From an uncultured Nitrospiraceae bacterium (GTDB lineage: Bacteria; Nitrospirota; Nitrospiria; Nitrospirales; Nitrospiraceae), in assembly GCA_963706325.1 (NCBI GenBank), contig CAVPLT010000007.1:736001-800000 (forward strand): a stretch of DNA of 64,000 nt, given 5' to 3'. Within the stretch, counting starts at the first letter, position 1. Every line of letters starts with the position of its first letter. The position numbers and the translations under genes were made by a program. Shown piece after piece: positions 39,308 through 48,123 of the stretch. The notes under the pieces were generated by a model, which was given only the letters and a program-made list of their open reading frames with translations, was not told where the DNA came from and made no database searches.

Positions 39308-39773
39308 CCGACATGGTCCGTTGTTGCTCGCGGATGGCCGCAATGAGCGATTCTTCTGACCCTGAAAATCCTGGTTGTGTCCTCAATAAATGTGATGCAA
39401 CCAGGGTTTCTAGGTCGGCCAGGCTGCGGATATTCAACCGGAAATACAGGTAACTGACTAACGCATCGGACAGTCCCGGCAGTGAGGTCCATCCCGCAAC
39501 TTCCTCAGGAAGTGGGGTCTTGAGCTCTTCATAAGCGCGAATGGTTCCCGTCGCAAGAAACTCCTCTATCTTTTCCGCCAAGTCGCGTCCGACTCCAGGG
39601 ATGGCCTGCAAGTGGTGCTGCGCCGCGAGGTCGGCGAGGTCTCCTGAAATGGTCAGGACTGAGTCGGCCGCTTTTCTGTAAGCACGTATCCGGTAGGGGT
39701 TGGCGCGTCGAGTGGCGAGAAGATTTGCCATAGCGCGGAAGAGTTGTGCGAGTTGGGTGGTGCGGTCATCCAT
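39285..39773 (-). CDS. Stand-alone PolX/Pol-beta N-terminal (8-kDa lyase + HhH) protein
   Basis: NPYRIRAYRKAA and IPGVGRDLAEKIEEFLATG. No palm or PHP domain. Confidence 0.8.
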   Translation of the reverse strand: MDDRTTQLAQLFRAMANLLATRRANPYRIRAYRKAADSVLTISGDLADLAAQHHLQAIPGVGRDLAEKIEEFLATGTIRAYEELKTPLPEEVAGWTSLPGLSDALVSYLYFRLNIRSLADLETLVASHLLRTQPGFSGSEESLIAAIREQQRTMSVTRDEAP

Positions 39774-39850
39774 AGCTTTACATGATCGTTGTGTTTTCGT
39801 GTTATTGTGCGGCGAATGAAGGGCAAACAACAAGGCCTCGAGGGGTTCGG

Positions 39851-39880
39851 TTGACATTCGGTTTTCCCGTTTCATAGGAT
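39851..39880 (+). promoter_or_regulatory. Putative sigma70 promoter of thiSGE
   Basis: TTGACA-18 nt-TAGGAT. Confidence 0.55.
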
Positions 39881-39901
39881 GACCTCACGGAGTGAGATAT
39901 T

Positions 39902-40111
39902 GTGGCGACCATTCAAGTTAATGGTGAATATCGCGGGGTCAGCGATGGGCAGACGGTAGCGGCCTTGCTCCATGAATTGGACATTCGGGTCGATCGGGTG
40001 GCTGTCGAGTTGAACCTGGAGATCCTTGATCGAGGTGATTTCGACAGCCGCGGTCTCCGGGAGGGAGATCGGGTGGAAATATTGAGCTTTATCGGGGGGG
40101 GGGCGGGGTAA
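39902..40111 (+). CDS. thiS: Sulfur carrier protein ThiS
   Basis: IQVNGE, VAVELN and [13 protein letters not shown]. Ends GGGAG. Confidence 0.93.
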   Translation: MATIQVNGEYRGVSDGQTVAALLHELDIRVDRVAVELNLEILDRGDFDSRGLREGDRVEILSFIGGGAG

Positions 40112-40118
40112 TCTATCT

Positions 40119-40898
40119 ATGGATACGATCAACGATCGGTTAGTGATTGCCGGAAGAGAATTCAAGTCTCGCCTCTGGGTCGGGACTGGAAAATACAAGA
40201 ATTTCGTGGAAACCAAGAAAGCGATCGACGCGTCCGGGGCGGACGTGGTGACCGTCGCGGTTCGTCGGGTGAATATTACGGATCGCTCCCAAGAGAATCT
40301 TCTGGACTATCTTGACCCGAAAAAATATATCATTTTGCCGAACACTGCTGGCTGTTACACGGTGGAGGACGCCGTACGGTATGCCCGTTTGGCGCGAGCG
40401 GCCGGCGTGTCTGATTTGGTGAAGCTGGAAGTCTTGGGCGATGAGAAGACCCTATTTCCCGACACGGCGGGCTTAATCGAAGCCGCGAAGATTCTCATCA
40501 AAGAAGGGTTCATCGTGCTGCCCTATACGAACGACGATCCGATCGTTGCAAGGAAGTTGGTGGACATCGGCTGTCCTGCCGTCATGCCGCTGGCGGCTCC
40601 CATCGGCTCTGGCCTCGGTATCAGGAATCCGTATAATTTGAAAATCATCATGGAGACGGTGAAGGTGCCGATCATCGTGGATGCAGGCGTTGGAACGGCG
40701 TCTGATGCCGCGCTAGCGATGGAATATGGCGCGGACGCGGTTCTTATGAATACGGCTATCGCGGGTGCGCAGGATCCTCTTGCGATGGCTGAAGCCATGA
40801 AATACGCCGTCTGGGCCGGTCGCTTGGCCCATAAAGCGGGACGTATCCCTCGCAAACTCTACGCAACAGCCAGCAGCCCGATTGAGGGCATGCTCTAA
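40119..40898 (+). CDS. thiG: Thiazole synthase
   Basis: [38 protein letters not shown] and A.ASSP. Confidence 0.98.
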   Translation: MDTINDRLVIAGREFKSRLWVGTGKYKNFVETKKAIDASGADVVTVAVRRVNITDRSQENLLDYLDPKKYIILPNTAGCYTVEDAVRYARLARAAGVSDLVKLEVLGDEKTLFPDTAGLIEAAKILIKEGFIVLPYTNDDPIVARKLVDIGCPAVMPLAAPIGSGLGIRNPYNLKIIMETVKVPIIVDAGVGTASDAALAMEYGADAVLMNTAIAGAQDPLAMAEAMKYAVWAGRLAHKAGRIPRKLYATASSPIEGML

Positions 40899-40957
40899 GC
40901 CAGTTGTGTGTCCTGGTCGAGTGCTGAGTGCCCTTTCCAAGTTCAGAATTCCTTTGA

Positions 40958-41584
40958 ATGCCTTCCATCGATTTCCGTCTGTATCTAGTCACTGACCGTC
41001 ATCAAACCATGGGACGTCCCCTCTTGTCGCTTGTGGGACGAGCCGTACGAGCCGGGGTGCGCGCAGTGCAACTGCGCGAACGGGATTTGCCGATCCGTGA
41101 GCTGCTTGTCTTGGCGACGGAGTTTCGACGCGAGATGCCGGAAGCCAAGCTTTTTATCAACGACCGCGTGGATCTGGCTCTCGCACTCGACGCTCATGGC
41201 GTCCACTTGCGTGAGAGCAGCCTGCCGACCCCGGAGGTTCGAGGCGTGTTGCACCCGCGACAATTGATTGGCCGGTCCGTTCACTCCCTTGAAGGTGTTG
41301 CATCGGCAGAACGTCACGGGGCAGATTTCGTGGTGTTAGGTCCGATCTATGAGACGCCGTCGAAGCAAGTGTACGGACCGCCGCTCGGGCTAGGTTTGCT
41401 CGAACAGGCCTCGCGCACGGCCCGCATTCCGATCTTTGCGATCGGCGGAGTCACAGCCGCGCGCGCGTGTGAGGTGCGGGGTGCGGGGGGCTTCGGTGTC
41501 GCCGTATCGTCGTCGATTTTGAGCGCCTCAAATGTTGAGCAGGCGACCGAGGCACTGCGCGCTGCGATCGAGCGTGCAGGATGA
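40958..41584 (+). CDS. thiE: Thiamine-phosphate synthase (ThiE/TenI family)
   Basis: LYLVTDR, VQLRE, INDRVD, GVHL, GRSVH, GPIYETPSK and AIGG. Confidence 0.85.
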   Translation: MPSIDFRLYLVTDRHQTMGRPLLSLVGRAVRAGVRAVQLRERDLPIRELLVLATEFRREMPEAKLFINDRVDLALALDAHGVHLRESSLPTPEVRGVLHPRQLIGRSVHSLEGVASAERHGADFVVLGPIYETPSKQVYGPPLGLGLLEQASRTARIPIFAIGGVTAARACEVRGAGGFGVAVSSSILSASNVEQATEALRAAIERAG

Positions 41585-41649
41585 TGCGACGTGTCCCCTG
41601 TCTTGAATGCGCGTCGAGAGCTGCTTCCCGAGATGCTTGCGCAGTGCAG

Positions 41650-41678
41650 TTGACCACCCCACATGTGGATGTTAGAAT
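41650..41678 (+). promoter_or_regulatory. Putative sigma70 promoter of the proteasome operon
   Basis: TTGACC-17 nt-TAGAAT with extended TG. Palindrome CCACATGTGG in the spacer. Confidence 0.6.
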
Positions 41679-41738
41679 CCGAAAAGACGCGGACCACCGT
41701 GACTGACAAGGCTTTCGAACGATTCGACGAGTAGAGCG

Positions 41739-43508
41739 ATGGCCGAATCAAAAAGGAGTTTAGGCCGACTCCGGTCCTTCCGTGATTCCGTCAAGCGCTT
41801 TACCAAGTCACTTTCTGACGGAGAGGGGATCGTGACACATAAGAACGACGAACATGCGCGCGAGGTTGAAAAACTTCGTATCCAAATCCAGTCCATGGAA
41901 GAGGAAATTCGACGGCTCTATCAGTCACGCTACCAGCTTGAACAAACGACGAAGCAGAACGAAAAGCTCGTTGCCACCCTCCAAGAAGCCAAATCCCAGA
42001 TTGAAGCCCTGCGGGCCGAAGTCGAAAAACTGACCGCTCCGCCTTCCACCTACGGCATTTTCTCCAGCCTCGATTCCGATGGTACAGGGAACGTGTACGT
42101 ATCCGGCCGTAAGATGAAGGTCAGCCTCCATCCCTCCATCAAGGCAAAAAACCTACGTAAAGGCCAGGAAGTTATCCTGAACGAAGCGCTGAATGTTATC
42201 GAAGCGCGTGGATTTGACGTGCAGGGAGAAGTTGTCCGACTCAAGGATGTTCTTGAGGGGAATCGAGCATTGGTGACCTTGCATTTCGATGAAGAAAAAG
42301 TCGCCGAACTTGGCGAGCCCTTGCTCAGTGAGCGCCTCAGCGTCGGCGATCACTTGTTATACGACGCTCGTTCCGGTTGCGTCATTGAAAAGTTGCCGAA
42401 GTCTGAGGCTGAGGAGCTCGTGCTCGAAGAGGTGCCGGATGTGGACTATGAGCACATTGGCGGTTTGCAGAAAGAAATCGAGCAGGTGCGGGATGCCGTA
42501 GAGTTGCCGTTCTTGTATCCGCACATCTTCTCAGACTACAAGCTGCATGCGCCCAAGGGTGTGTTGTTGTATGGCCCTCCAGGTTGCGGAAAGACGCTCA
42601 TTGCGAAGGCCGTGGCAAGTTCCATTGCGAAGAAGTTGGGACATTTGAAGGATAAACAGTTGCGAAGTTATTTCCTCCATGTGAAAGGGCCGGAACTACT
42701 GAACAAGTATGTGGGGGAGTCGGAGCGGCAGGTTCGGGAAGTGTTCAAGAAGGCCAAGGAGCGGGCCGATGACGGCCATCCGGTGATCGTGTTTTTCGAC
42801 GAAATGGATGCGCTCTTCCGCACGCGCGGGACAGGCGTCTCGTCCGATATCGAATCGACCATAGTCCCGCAGTTTTTGTCGGAGATCGACGGGGTGGAGC
42901 GATTGAACAACGTGATTGTCATCGGCGCGAGCAATCGGCAGGACTTGATCGATCCGGCTGTGCTGCGAGCAGGCAGGCTGGATGTGAAGGTAAAAGTAGG
43001 CCGCCCTGATGCCGCAGCCGCCCGGGACATTTTCTCCAAGTACGTCACCCCAGATTTGCCCTTCGCAGAAGACGATCTGAAACGCCACGGCGGGGATGCC
43101 CGCGCGTTGGTTGATTCGCTCATGAGTATGACAGTCGATGCCATGTACGCGACTTCAGATGAAAATAAGTTCATTGAAGTGACCTACGCAAACGGGGAAA
43201 AGGAAGTGCTGTACTTCAAGGATTTTGCCAGCGGCGCTTTGATCGAAGGCATCGTCTCACGCGCCAAGAAGTTCGCGGTGAAGAGGGCTATTGCTCAAGA
43301 AGGAACCGGCCTCCGAGCAGACGATCTTGTGCGAGCGATTCGTGAAGAGTTCAAGGAACACGAAGACTTGCCCAACACCACCAATCCGGACGATTGGGCC
43401 AAGGTAGCCGGTAAGAAGGGCGAAAAGATTATTCACCTTCGGACGATCAGCGGCGGGCCAGCTGAGGCTCGCCAAATTGAAACGGTCAACACAGGTCACT
43501 ACCTGTAG
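41739..43508 (+). CDS. arc: Proteasome AAA+ ATPase ARC/Mpa
   Basis: Coiled coil, OB domains, GPPGCGKT, KGPELLNKYVGE, FFDEMD, EDLPNTTNPDDW and C-terminal HbYX motif GHYL. Confidence 0.97.
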   Translation: MAESKRSLGRLRSFRDSVKRFTKSLSDGEGIVTHKNDEHAREVEKLRIQIQSMEEEIRRLYQSRYQLEQTTKQNEKLVATLQEAKSQIEALRAEVEKLTAPPSTYGIFSSLDSDGTGNVYVSGRKMKVSLHPSIKAKNLRKGQEVILNEALNVIEARGFDVQGEVVRLKDVLEGNRALVTLHFDEEKVAELGEPLLSERLSVGDHLLYDARSGCVIEKLPKSEAEELVLEEVPDVDYEHIGGLQKEIEQVRDAVELPFLYPHIFSDYKLHAPKGVLLYGPPGCGKTLIAKAVASSIAKKLGHLKDKQLRSYFLHVKGPELLNKYVGESERQVREVFKKAKERADDGHPVIVFFDEMDALFRTRGTGVSSDIESTIVPQFLSEIDGVERLNNVIVIGASNRQDLIDPAVLRAGRLDVKVKVGRPDAAAARDIFSKYVTPDLPFAEDDLKRHGGDARALVDSLMSMTVDAMYATSDENKFIEVTYANGEKEVLYFKDFASGALIEGIVSRAKKFAVKRAIAQEGTGLRADDLVRAIREEFKEHEDLPNTTNPDDWAKVAGKKGEKIIHLRTISGGPAEARQIETVNTGHYL

Positions 43509-43523
43509 TACGCTCGACAACCC

Positions 43524-45023
43524 ATGAACGACACCCATTCACACAACATGTCCCGTGTCATCGGCACGGAAACCGAATTTGGTATCGCTAGCCGCGATCC
43601 GAATGCGGCCGACCCCGTTGCCAATTCCCTGCACCTCATCGGACACTACCCGAATCTTCCGGCGCCCCATGCGGTGTGGGATTACGAGAATGAAAATCCC
43701 CTCCTGGACGCGCGCGGATTTGAGGTGGATGGGGAACGGGAACGGCCGGGGCCGGACTATAACCGGCAACTGAACAAAGTCTTGGCCAACGGCGGGCGGC
43801 TCTATGTAGATGGCGCCCACCCTGAATATTCGACTCCAGAATGCACCAATGCGCGTGAGGTCGTGGCCTTTGAGCGGGTGGGGGAACGTATCGTTGCGCA
43901 GGCGTTGGCGAGCATCACCAAGGCGCGAGGACGGGAACAATTCGCCTTGTACAAGAACAATTCCGACGGCAAGGGCAATAGCTACGGCTACCATGAAAAC
44001 TACCTCGTCTTGCGTAGGGTGTCTTTTGAACGCATCACGCAGGTGCTGACTCCTTTTCTTGTCACGCGATCTGTTTATGCGGGATCAGGCAAGGTTGGGG
44101 CGGAGAATCAGACCGGTCCGACGGACTATCAGCTTTCGCAGCGGGCAGATTTTTTCGAGACGCTCGTTGACCTCAATACCATGGTTCGGCGCCCCATCAT
44201 CAACACGCGCGACGAACCGCATTCGGATTCAGCGAAGTACCGTCGGCTCCACGTGATTGTCGGAGATGCGAACATGGCTGAGTTATCGACCTATCTGAAG
44301 GTCGGAACATTGGCGATCGTACTCGACTTGCTTGAAGCCGGAGCCGATCTTCCGCTCATCAATTTGGCGGATCCAATCGCTGCCATCAAGCAGGTCTCTC
44401 GAGATGTTCAGGTGAAAGAGTCCCTTAAGTTGATCGGTGGGACAGCGACGACCGCGATCGCGGTGCAGCGACTCTACTTGAAGGCCGCGCAGGACTTTTA
44501 TGCCTGCCATGAACTTGACCAGGTGACGAAAGATGTGTTGGTGCGATGGGAAGACGTGCTCGACCGGTTGGAACGAGACCCTCACTCACTGGTGCGAGAG
44601 CTGGATTGGGTGGCTAAACGCTATTTAATTGAATCGTATATAGAGCGGAAGTCATGCGGATGGGATGATCCGCGCGTGCGGTTGATGGATCTGCAGTATC
44701 ACGACATCCGTCCAGACAAAGGGCTCTACTATACGCTCGAACGTAGCAATAGAATGGAGCGAGTGGTTTTGGACCAGGAGATCGCGCGAGCGGAGTTCAC
44801 GCCGCCGGTGGGCACACGGGCCTATTTCCGAGGGCAGTGCGTCAAGAAATACCCGAATGCCGTCTACGGGGCGAGTTGGACGTCGGTATTGTTTGATATC
44901 GGGCAGAACAAGATCAAGAAAATCCCACTGATGGAACCTCTACGCGGGACTGAGGCGTTAACGGGAGAACTCTTCGCCCAGGCAGAGACTGCGGCGGCAC
45001 TGCTCGAAAAACTTTCGACCTAA
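43524..45023 (+). CDS. dop: Pup deamidase/depupylase Dop
   Basis: GTETEFGI, Dop loop WDYENENPLLDARG, NGGRLYVDGAHPEYSTPEC, YKNNSDGKGNSYGYHENY and TRAYFRG. Confidence 0.95.
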   Translation: MNDTHSHNMSRVIGTETEFGIASRDPNAADPVANSLHLIGHYPNLPAPHAVWDYENENPLLDARGFEVDGERERPGPDYNRQLNKVLANGGRLYVDGAHPEYSTPECTNAREVVAFERVGERIVAQALASITKARGREQFALYKNNSDGKGNSYGYHENYLVLRRVSFERITQVLTPFLVTRSVYAGSGKVGAENQTGPTDYQLSQRADFFETLVDLNTMVRRPIINTRDEPHSDSAKYRRLHVIVGDANMAELSTYLKVGTLAIVLDLLEAGADLPLINLADPIAAIKQVSRDVQVKESLKLIGGTATTAIAVQRLYLKAAQDFYACHELDQVTKDVLVRWEDVLDRLERDPHSLVRELDWVAKRYLIESYIERKSCGWDDPRVRLMDLQYHDIRPDKGLYYTLERSNRMERVVLDQEIARAEFTPPVGTRAYFRGQCVKKYPNAVYGASWTSVLFDIGQNKIKKIPLMEPLRGTEALTGELFAQAETAAALLEKLST

Positions 45024-45036
45024 TCGCGACGTTCAC

Positions 45037-45861
45037 ATGAAAAACAGCTCCTTTCTCCCACATCACGACGGGTCGAGCTTTTTCGACTTCCTCAGTAAAC
45101 ACTATCCTTCATTGACTCCCTGCCTGAACGAATTCGGTGGACAGCCGATGGCCATGGCGCAGGATTTGAGCCGATCAGGAATGTTGTCGGTCCCGCATGG
45201 GACGACGGTCTTGGCCATCAAGTATCGTGACGGAGCCATTATCGCGGGTGATCGCCGCGCGACCGAAGGATTTCAGATTGCCGACCGACGGATTGAGAAG
45301 GTCTTTCGCATCGACGACTATTCCGCCATGGCGATCGCGGGAGCAGCTGGACCGTGCATTGAGATGGCCAAGTTGTTCCAAACCGAACTCGAGCATTATG
45401 AAAAGCTGGAAGGCGTGCAGCTCTCCTGCGAAGGCAAGGCGAATAAGTTGGGGCAGATGGTAAAGGCCAATTTGCCGATGGTGTTTCAAGGATTGGTCGT
45501 CATGCCGCTCTACGTTGGATATGACCTGAAGCGTAACGAAGGTCGAATCTTCAAGTACGACATCACAGGGGGGCGCTACGAAGAGTCTGAACACCATTCA
45601 ATCGGCTCGGGCGGCAAAGATGCCCGAAACACAATGCGGGAGCATTACCGTTCGGGGCTGTCTGAAGAGGAGGCGATTCGTGTCGGGCTCCTGGCGCTCT
45701 ACAATGCAGCGGATGAGGATGTGGGAACCGGAGGCCCTGATCTGGTTCGCGGCATTTATCCAACGGCGAAAATTGTCAGCGACGCCGGTATTATCGATGT
45801 GCCGGAGGAACGGGTCCGTGCCCTATACGAGACCATGATTGCGCAGAGAAGGAGAACGTAA
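45037..45861 (+). CDS. prcB: 20S proteasome beta subunit
   Basis: Propeptide then HG|TTVLA (Thr1), AGDRRAT, GSGG and AADEDVGTGG. Confidence 0.96.
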   Translation: MKNSSFLPHHDGSSFFDFLSKHYPSLTPCLNEFGGQPMAMAQDLSRSGMLSVPHGTTVLAIKYRDGAIIAGDRRATEGFQIADRRIEKVFRIDDYSAMAIAGAAGPCIEMAKLFQTELEHYEKLEGVQLSCEGKANKLGQMVKANLPMVFQGLVVMPLYVGYDLKRNEGRIFKYDITGGRYEESEHHSIGSGGKDARNTMREHYRSGLSEEEAIRVGLLALYNAADEDVGTGGPDLVRGIYPTAKIVSDAGIIDVPEERVRALYETMIAQRRRT

Positions 45862-45864
45862 TCG

Positions 45865-46548
45865 ATGCCGTTGCCGTACTACGTCTCGCCTGAACAAATG
45901 ATGCAGGATAAGGCGGAGTACGCCAAGAAGGGCATCGCAAAGGGGCGCTCGATCATTGCGCTGGAGTATAACGACGGCATTCTTCTGGCGGCGGACAACC
46001 CCAGTTCGTCTTTGCACAAAGTATCCGAGGTGTACGATCGCATTGCCTTCGCCGGAGCCGGCAAGTATAGCGAGTTCGAACATCTCAGGAAGGCGGGTAT
46101 TCGCCACGCTGACTTGACCGGCTATATGTACAGTCGCGAGGATGTCAGTGCGCGCACATTGTCCAATGCCTATTCGCAGAGCCTGGGAACCGCGTTCAGT
46201 ACGGATGTCAAGCCATTGGAGGTGGAAATTCTTGTGGTGCAAGTCGCGCTCAATGGCCAGGTGAATGAGATTTATCGCATTTTATTCGATGGAAGCATCG
46301 TGGATGAGAAGAATTTTGCCGTTATTGGAGGTCGCTCGGAAGCGGTGCAACAGTATTTGCGGGAACATGCCACGCCCCAGCCCGCGACGTTGAAGGATAG
46401 TCTGAAGCGCTGCGTGGCCGCATTTGAACAGGTAGCCGCTCAAAAAATTCCGTCTGAGAATCTAGAAGTGGCCGTGCTGGACAGAAATCGTACTGGGCGG
46501 AAATTCAAACGATTGAGTAGTACTGATATTTCTCAGCTCTTTGCCTAG
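45865..46548 (+). CDS. prcA: 20S proteasome alpha subunit
   Basis: PYYVSPEQMMQDKAEYAKKGIAKGRS, HKVSEVYDRI and LEVAVLDR. Confidence 0.96.
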   Translation: MPLPYYVSPEQMMQDKAEYAKKGIAKGRSIIALEYNDGILLAADNPSSSLHKVSEVYDRIAFAGAGKYSEFEHLRKAGIRHADLTGYMYSREDVSARTLSNAYSQSLGTAFSTDVKPLEVEILVVQVALNGQVNEIYRILFDGSIVDEKNFAVIGGRSEAVQQYLREHATPQPATLKDSLKRCVAAFEQVAAQKIPSENLEVAVLDRNRTGRKFKRLSSTDISQLFA

Positions 46549-46714
46549 CCGCTTGCCAACCCGCCTCATCATCGGTGCCGATTTGTTGCAGGCACCGCAT
46601 CAGAATCGCAGTAATTCTATGGTGTACGCTCGATGCGTAATGAGACGCGTCTGTTGAAGCCTCACCCGTCACGGTGTATCCTGAATACACATGCCTGCGA
46701 GGAATGACTTATCC

Positions 46715-48091
46715 ATGCAACAGCGAATTTTCGGCCTGGAGAATGAATACGGACTGATCTTTTCTCCAAACGGGAAGATCTATCTTCCGATGGAGAAGGT
46801 CCTGGGTTATATCTTCGAGGGGCTGATTCCCAACAGTTGGCCGTCCAATGCGTTTCTGGTCAACGGCGCGCGATTTTACCAAGATACTGGCTGCCATCCG
46901 GAGTATTCGACGCCTGAATGCGACAATATTCTCGATTTGGTCATTCACGACAAGGCCGGTGAGCGCCTCTTGGAAGCCTGCTTGCCCGCGGCGGAAGAGC
47001 GTTTGCGGGAGGAAGGCCTGGCTGGAGAAATCTACATATTCAAGAATAATACCGATTCGCTGGGAAATACCTACGGCTGCCATGAAAATTATCTGATGCG
47101 TCGGGATGTCGATTTCTGGAAGGTCACCGAGCAGCTCATTCCGTTTTTCGTGACACGGCAAATCTACTCCGGCGCCGGGAAAGTGCTGAAGGTATCGGGG
47201 AAGCCTCAATATTTTATCTCGCAACGAGCGCAGCACATCCACGAAAAAACCTCCTCGTCGACCACGTCCTCACGGAGTATTATCAATACGCGAGACGAAC
47301 CGCATGCAGATGCGGAAAAATATCGACGGCTCCATATTATCGTGGGCGATTCAAACATGTCGGAATATGCCACCTATCTCAAGGTTGGAACGGCGACATT
47401 AGTACTCTCCATGATTGAAGCGGGATTTTCCGTGAGCGGCATGGAACTGGAAGATCCGGTCAAAGCCATCCGCGAGATTTCTCGTGATCCCACGCTCAAT
47501 AAAAAAGTGAAGCTGGACGACGGCCGGCAGATGACCGCCATCGAAATCCAGCGTGTCTACGTGGCGCGCGCGAAAGAATTTCTGGCAGAGCAGGACCATG
47601 ATCCGGTTTTGGACGATGTGCTCGAAAAATGGGTGTCCGTGCTGGATCGGCTCGAAGAGGATCCCATGCAACTCTTGCATGAGGTCGATTGGGTCATGAA
47701 AAAGCATCTCATTCAGTCATACACGGATAAAAAAGACTGCGGGTGGGACGATCCTCGCGTCTTCCTGTTGGATTTGCAGTTTCATGACGTGAAACGGACC
47801 CGCGGGTTGTATTATTTAATGGAAAATCGTGGAATGGCCGTCCGTGTCGTCGAGGAGGAGGCGGTTCAGCGTGCCATGTCGGTACCGCCGCAAACCACTC
47901 GGGCGAAGGTACGCGGAGATTTTATCCGGTTTGCGCGTGCCAAGAATCGTTCCTATACGGTGGATTGGACCTATTTGAAATTGAATGGGTATTGGGAAGA
48001 GACCATTCTCTGCATGGACCCGTTCAGTGCCGTGAATCGGCGCGTTGATGAGTTGCTATCGCAGGTCTCCAGCGCGCGATTTTATCGATGA
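46715..48091 (+). CDS. pafA: Pup-protein ligase PafA
   Basis: RIFGLENEYG, FLVNGARFYQDTGCHPEYSTPEC, GCHENY, RSIINTRDEPHAD, PPQTTRAKVRG and TVDW. Confidence 0.95.
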   Translation: MQQRIFGLENEYGLIFSPNGKIYLPMEKVLGYIFEGLIPNSWPSNAFLVNGARFYQDTGCHPEYSTPECDNILDLVIHDKAGERLLEACLPAAEERLREEGLAGEIYIFKNNTDSLGNTYGCHENYLMRRDVDFWKVTEQLIPFFVTRQIYSGAGKVLKVSGKPQYFISQRAQHIHEKTSSSTTSSRSIINTRDEPHADAEKYRRLHIIVGDSNMSEYATYLKVGTATLVLSMIEAGFSVSGMELEDPVKAIREISRDPTLNKKVKLDDGRQMTAIEIQRVYVARAKEFLAEQDHDPVLDDVLEKWVSVLDRLEEDPMQLLHEVDWVMKKHLIQSYTDKKDCGWDDPRVFLLDLQFHDVKRTRGLYYLMENRGMAVRVVEEEAVQRAMSVPPQTTRAKVRGDFIRFARAKNRSYTVDWTYLKLNGYWEETILCMDPFSAVNRRVDELLSQVSSARFYR

Positions 48092-48123
48092 CCTGAGCTG
48101 AAGAACCGAGTTGAGAGATAGCC

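Noticed and set aside
39773..39902. TPP riboswitch upstream of thiSGE
   Set aside because: No GCTGAGA/CCTGA-type core seen, and the putative promoter leaves only a short leader.
39902..41739. ThiS acting as the missing modifier for the adjacent proteasome
   Set aside because: PafA and Dop act on a C-terminal Glu/Gln of a disordered tag. ThiS is a beta-grasp protein explained by thiG, and arc has its own promoter-like site.
46505..46690. 61-aa minus-strand ORF in the prcA-pafA gap as a possible pup
   Set aside because: Wrong strand, not acidic, and ends YSIV rather than GGE/GGQ.
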